Positions 62,957-64,000 of a DNA stretch of 64,000 nucleotides are shown here, one piece after another. The position numbers and the translations under genes are program-made. The notes beneath the pieces are model-generated. The model worked only from the letters and a program-made list of their open reading frames with translations, was not told where the DNA came from and did no database searches. Each line of letters opens with the position of its first letter. Position 1 is the first letter of the stretch. The stretch is taken from IMG/VR virus record IMGVR_UViG_3300037488_003551, positions 64,001-128,000 of that record. One strand, written 5' to 3'. The DNA is from a virus.

Positions 62957-64000
62957 ATGGCTGATAATAGCGGTTACAACTCGATGCAGGCAAACCTGGG
63001 CTTGATTCCGGGCGCGGGTCCGCAGGTCCAAGTGAAATCTCCCGCGCAGGCTGCAGCTGAGTTGTCGCAGCAGGCCTCGATGCAGATGCAGCAGGCGCAG
63101 CAGATGATGCCTGTCGTGCGTTCGAATACTGCTTCGTTTTCTTTCGGTCAGCAGTATCAGCAGCAGTTCCAGGCGGCGCAAGCGCAGTCGAACATGAACC
63201 CCTACGCCGCGGGGATGTTCGGGTCTTTCACTCAGCCTTCGGCTCTGCCTTCTCCGTTGATGATGACGCCGGCAAGCACCGGGAACTTTCGCCCACCCAT
63301 GCCTTTTGGCAGCGGGGCGGGGGGTTCTCCGATGTCGCCGATGGCGGTTATGCCGATGTTCCAGACGCCATTTACGCCCCAGCTTCCGACACCGAGCTTC
63401 CGTACTCCCTGGGAGCAGGAGATACAGCAGCGCGAGCTCCGGGCTGACCAGCTGTACTCCATGACGTCGCAGGCGCCGCGGTTCGGCGGTATGGCGGCGG
63501 GGTATGGGATAGGTGCGATGGCAGGGGCGGCGGCCGGCAGTCGGTTCGGGGCGGTCGGGCGCGGTGCGGGCGCGGTGCTCGGAGGTCTGCTCGCGCACTA
63601 CTCGGGGTTCTCCGAGGGCATGGGCGCGGCGGGGATGATGCCGTTTCGTCCTGGGCGTGAGGGACACGAGATGGGCCTTTCTGCCCAGCGAATGTCCCAA
63701 GATTGGGTAGTAGGAGGTCCGAACCTTCACGAGCTCGGGCGGGGGCTTAGCCGGGGCTCTTCGATGGCGCTGGGTACCGGCATCCAGCGCATGGCTGAGT
63801 CGCAGAGCTTCAAGGCCGAGACCGGGGGCATGTTCAATCGTCACGACCTGATGCAGATTATGCAAAAATCTGGTCAGGCCGGCATGATGGATATGGACCA
63901 AGGTGTTGGTCGGATTCAGCAGCAACTTCGGGATGTTAGTCGGACGGTGAGGCGCTTTATGGAGCTCACCAACGACCCCGATGTGACGAGTGTAATTAAA
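62957..64000 (+). CDS. Tape-measure-like protein, N-terminal part (runs off window)
   Basis: ATG62957 open to the window end; Met/Gln/Ala/Gly-rich with GxxxG segments; follows the chaperone pair. Confidence 0.7.
   Translation, partial: MADNSGYNSMQANLGLIPGAGPQVQVKSPAQAAAELSQQASMQMQQAQQMMPVVRSNTASFSFGQQYQQQFQAAQAQSNMNPYAAGMFGSFTQPSALPSPLMMTPASTGNFRPPMPFGSGAGGSPMSPMAVMPMFQTPFTPQLPTPSFRTPWEQEIQQRELRADQLYSMTSQAPRFGGMAAGYGIGAMAGAAAGSRFGAVGRGAGAVLGGLLAHYSGFSEGMGAAGMMPFRPGREGHEMGLSAQRMSQDWVVGGPNLHELGRGLSRGSSMALGTGIQRMAESQSFKAETGGMFNRHDLMQIMQKSGQAGMMDMDQGVGRIQQQLRDVSRTVRRFMELTNDPDVTSVIK

Noticed and set aside
62825-63925. 366-aa minus-strand ORF
   Set aside because: Arg/His/Pro-rich shadow of the plus-strand tape-measure-like ORF starting at 62957, which the track omits because it has no stop in the window
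1-64000. Alternative genetic code (stop reassignment)
   Set aside because: Long genes are intact under the standard code and TAA, TAG and TGA all end genes

Overview
This window reads as a 64-kb fragment of a large tailed (probably jumbo) bacteriophage genome in the standard genetic code. No ribosomal or housekeeping operons, tRNAs, rRNAs or CRISPR arrays were seen. Layout: (1) 1-22.4 kb, a co-oriented, purine-rich run of about 60 small accessory genes, including a double-HNH homing endonuclease, an RHH protein, a Lar-like Zn finger, a BRO-N antirepressor and several paralogous families built from shuffled modules; (2) 22.4-23.5 kb, a non-coding landmark with a strand-skew switch, followed by a 1012-aa orphan; (3) 27.3-31.7 kb, KxA-motif, Gly-zipper proteins (one carries NUDIX, one a HExxH peptidase), probably processed virion cargo; (4) 31.8-50.8 kb, tail fibre/spike genes including an M14 carboxypeptidase-Kelch protein; (5) 51-62 kb, DHH phosphoesterase, dNMP kinase, lytic transglycosylase, a solo TnpB, an AT-hook-repeat protein and a DinG helicase; (6) 62-64 kb, a tail assembly chaperone with a -1 frameshift signal and the start of a tape-measure-like gene. 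The best candidate for an undescribed system is the transposase-less, catalytically intact TnpB. It sits 7 nt behind a recurring phage promoter motif (TGGTANAAG) and has a putative 19-nt hairpin-bounded guide whose first bases (TATAA) match that motif. Also notable are several promoter/terminator-bounded structured ncRNA candidates and a module-shuffling gene cluster at 14.8-17.4 kb. All calls come from reading motifs by eye; no database search or folding program was run.
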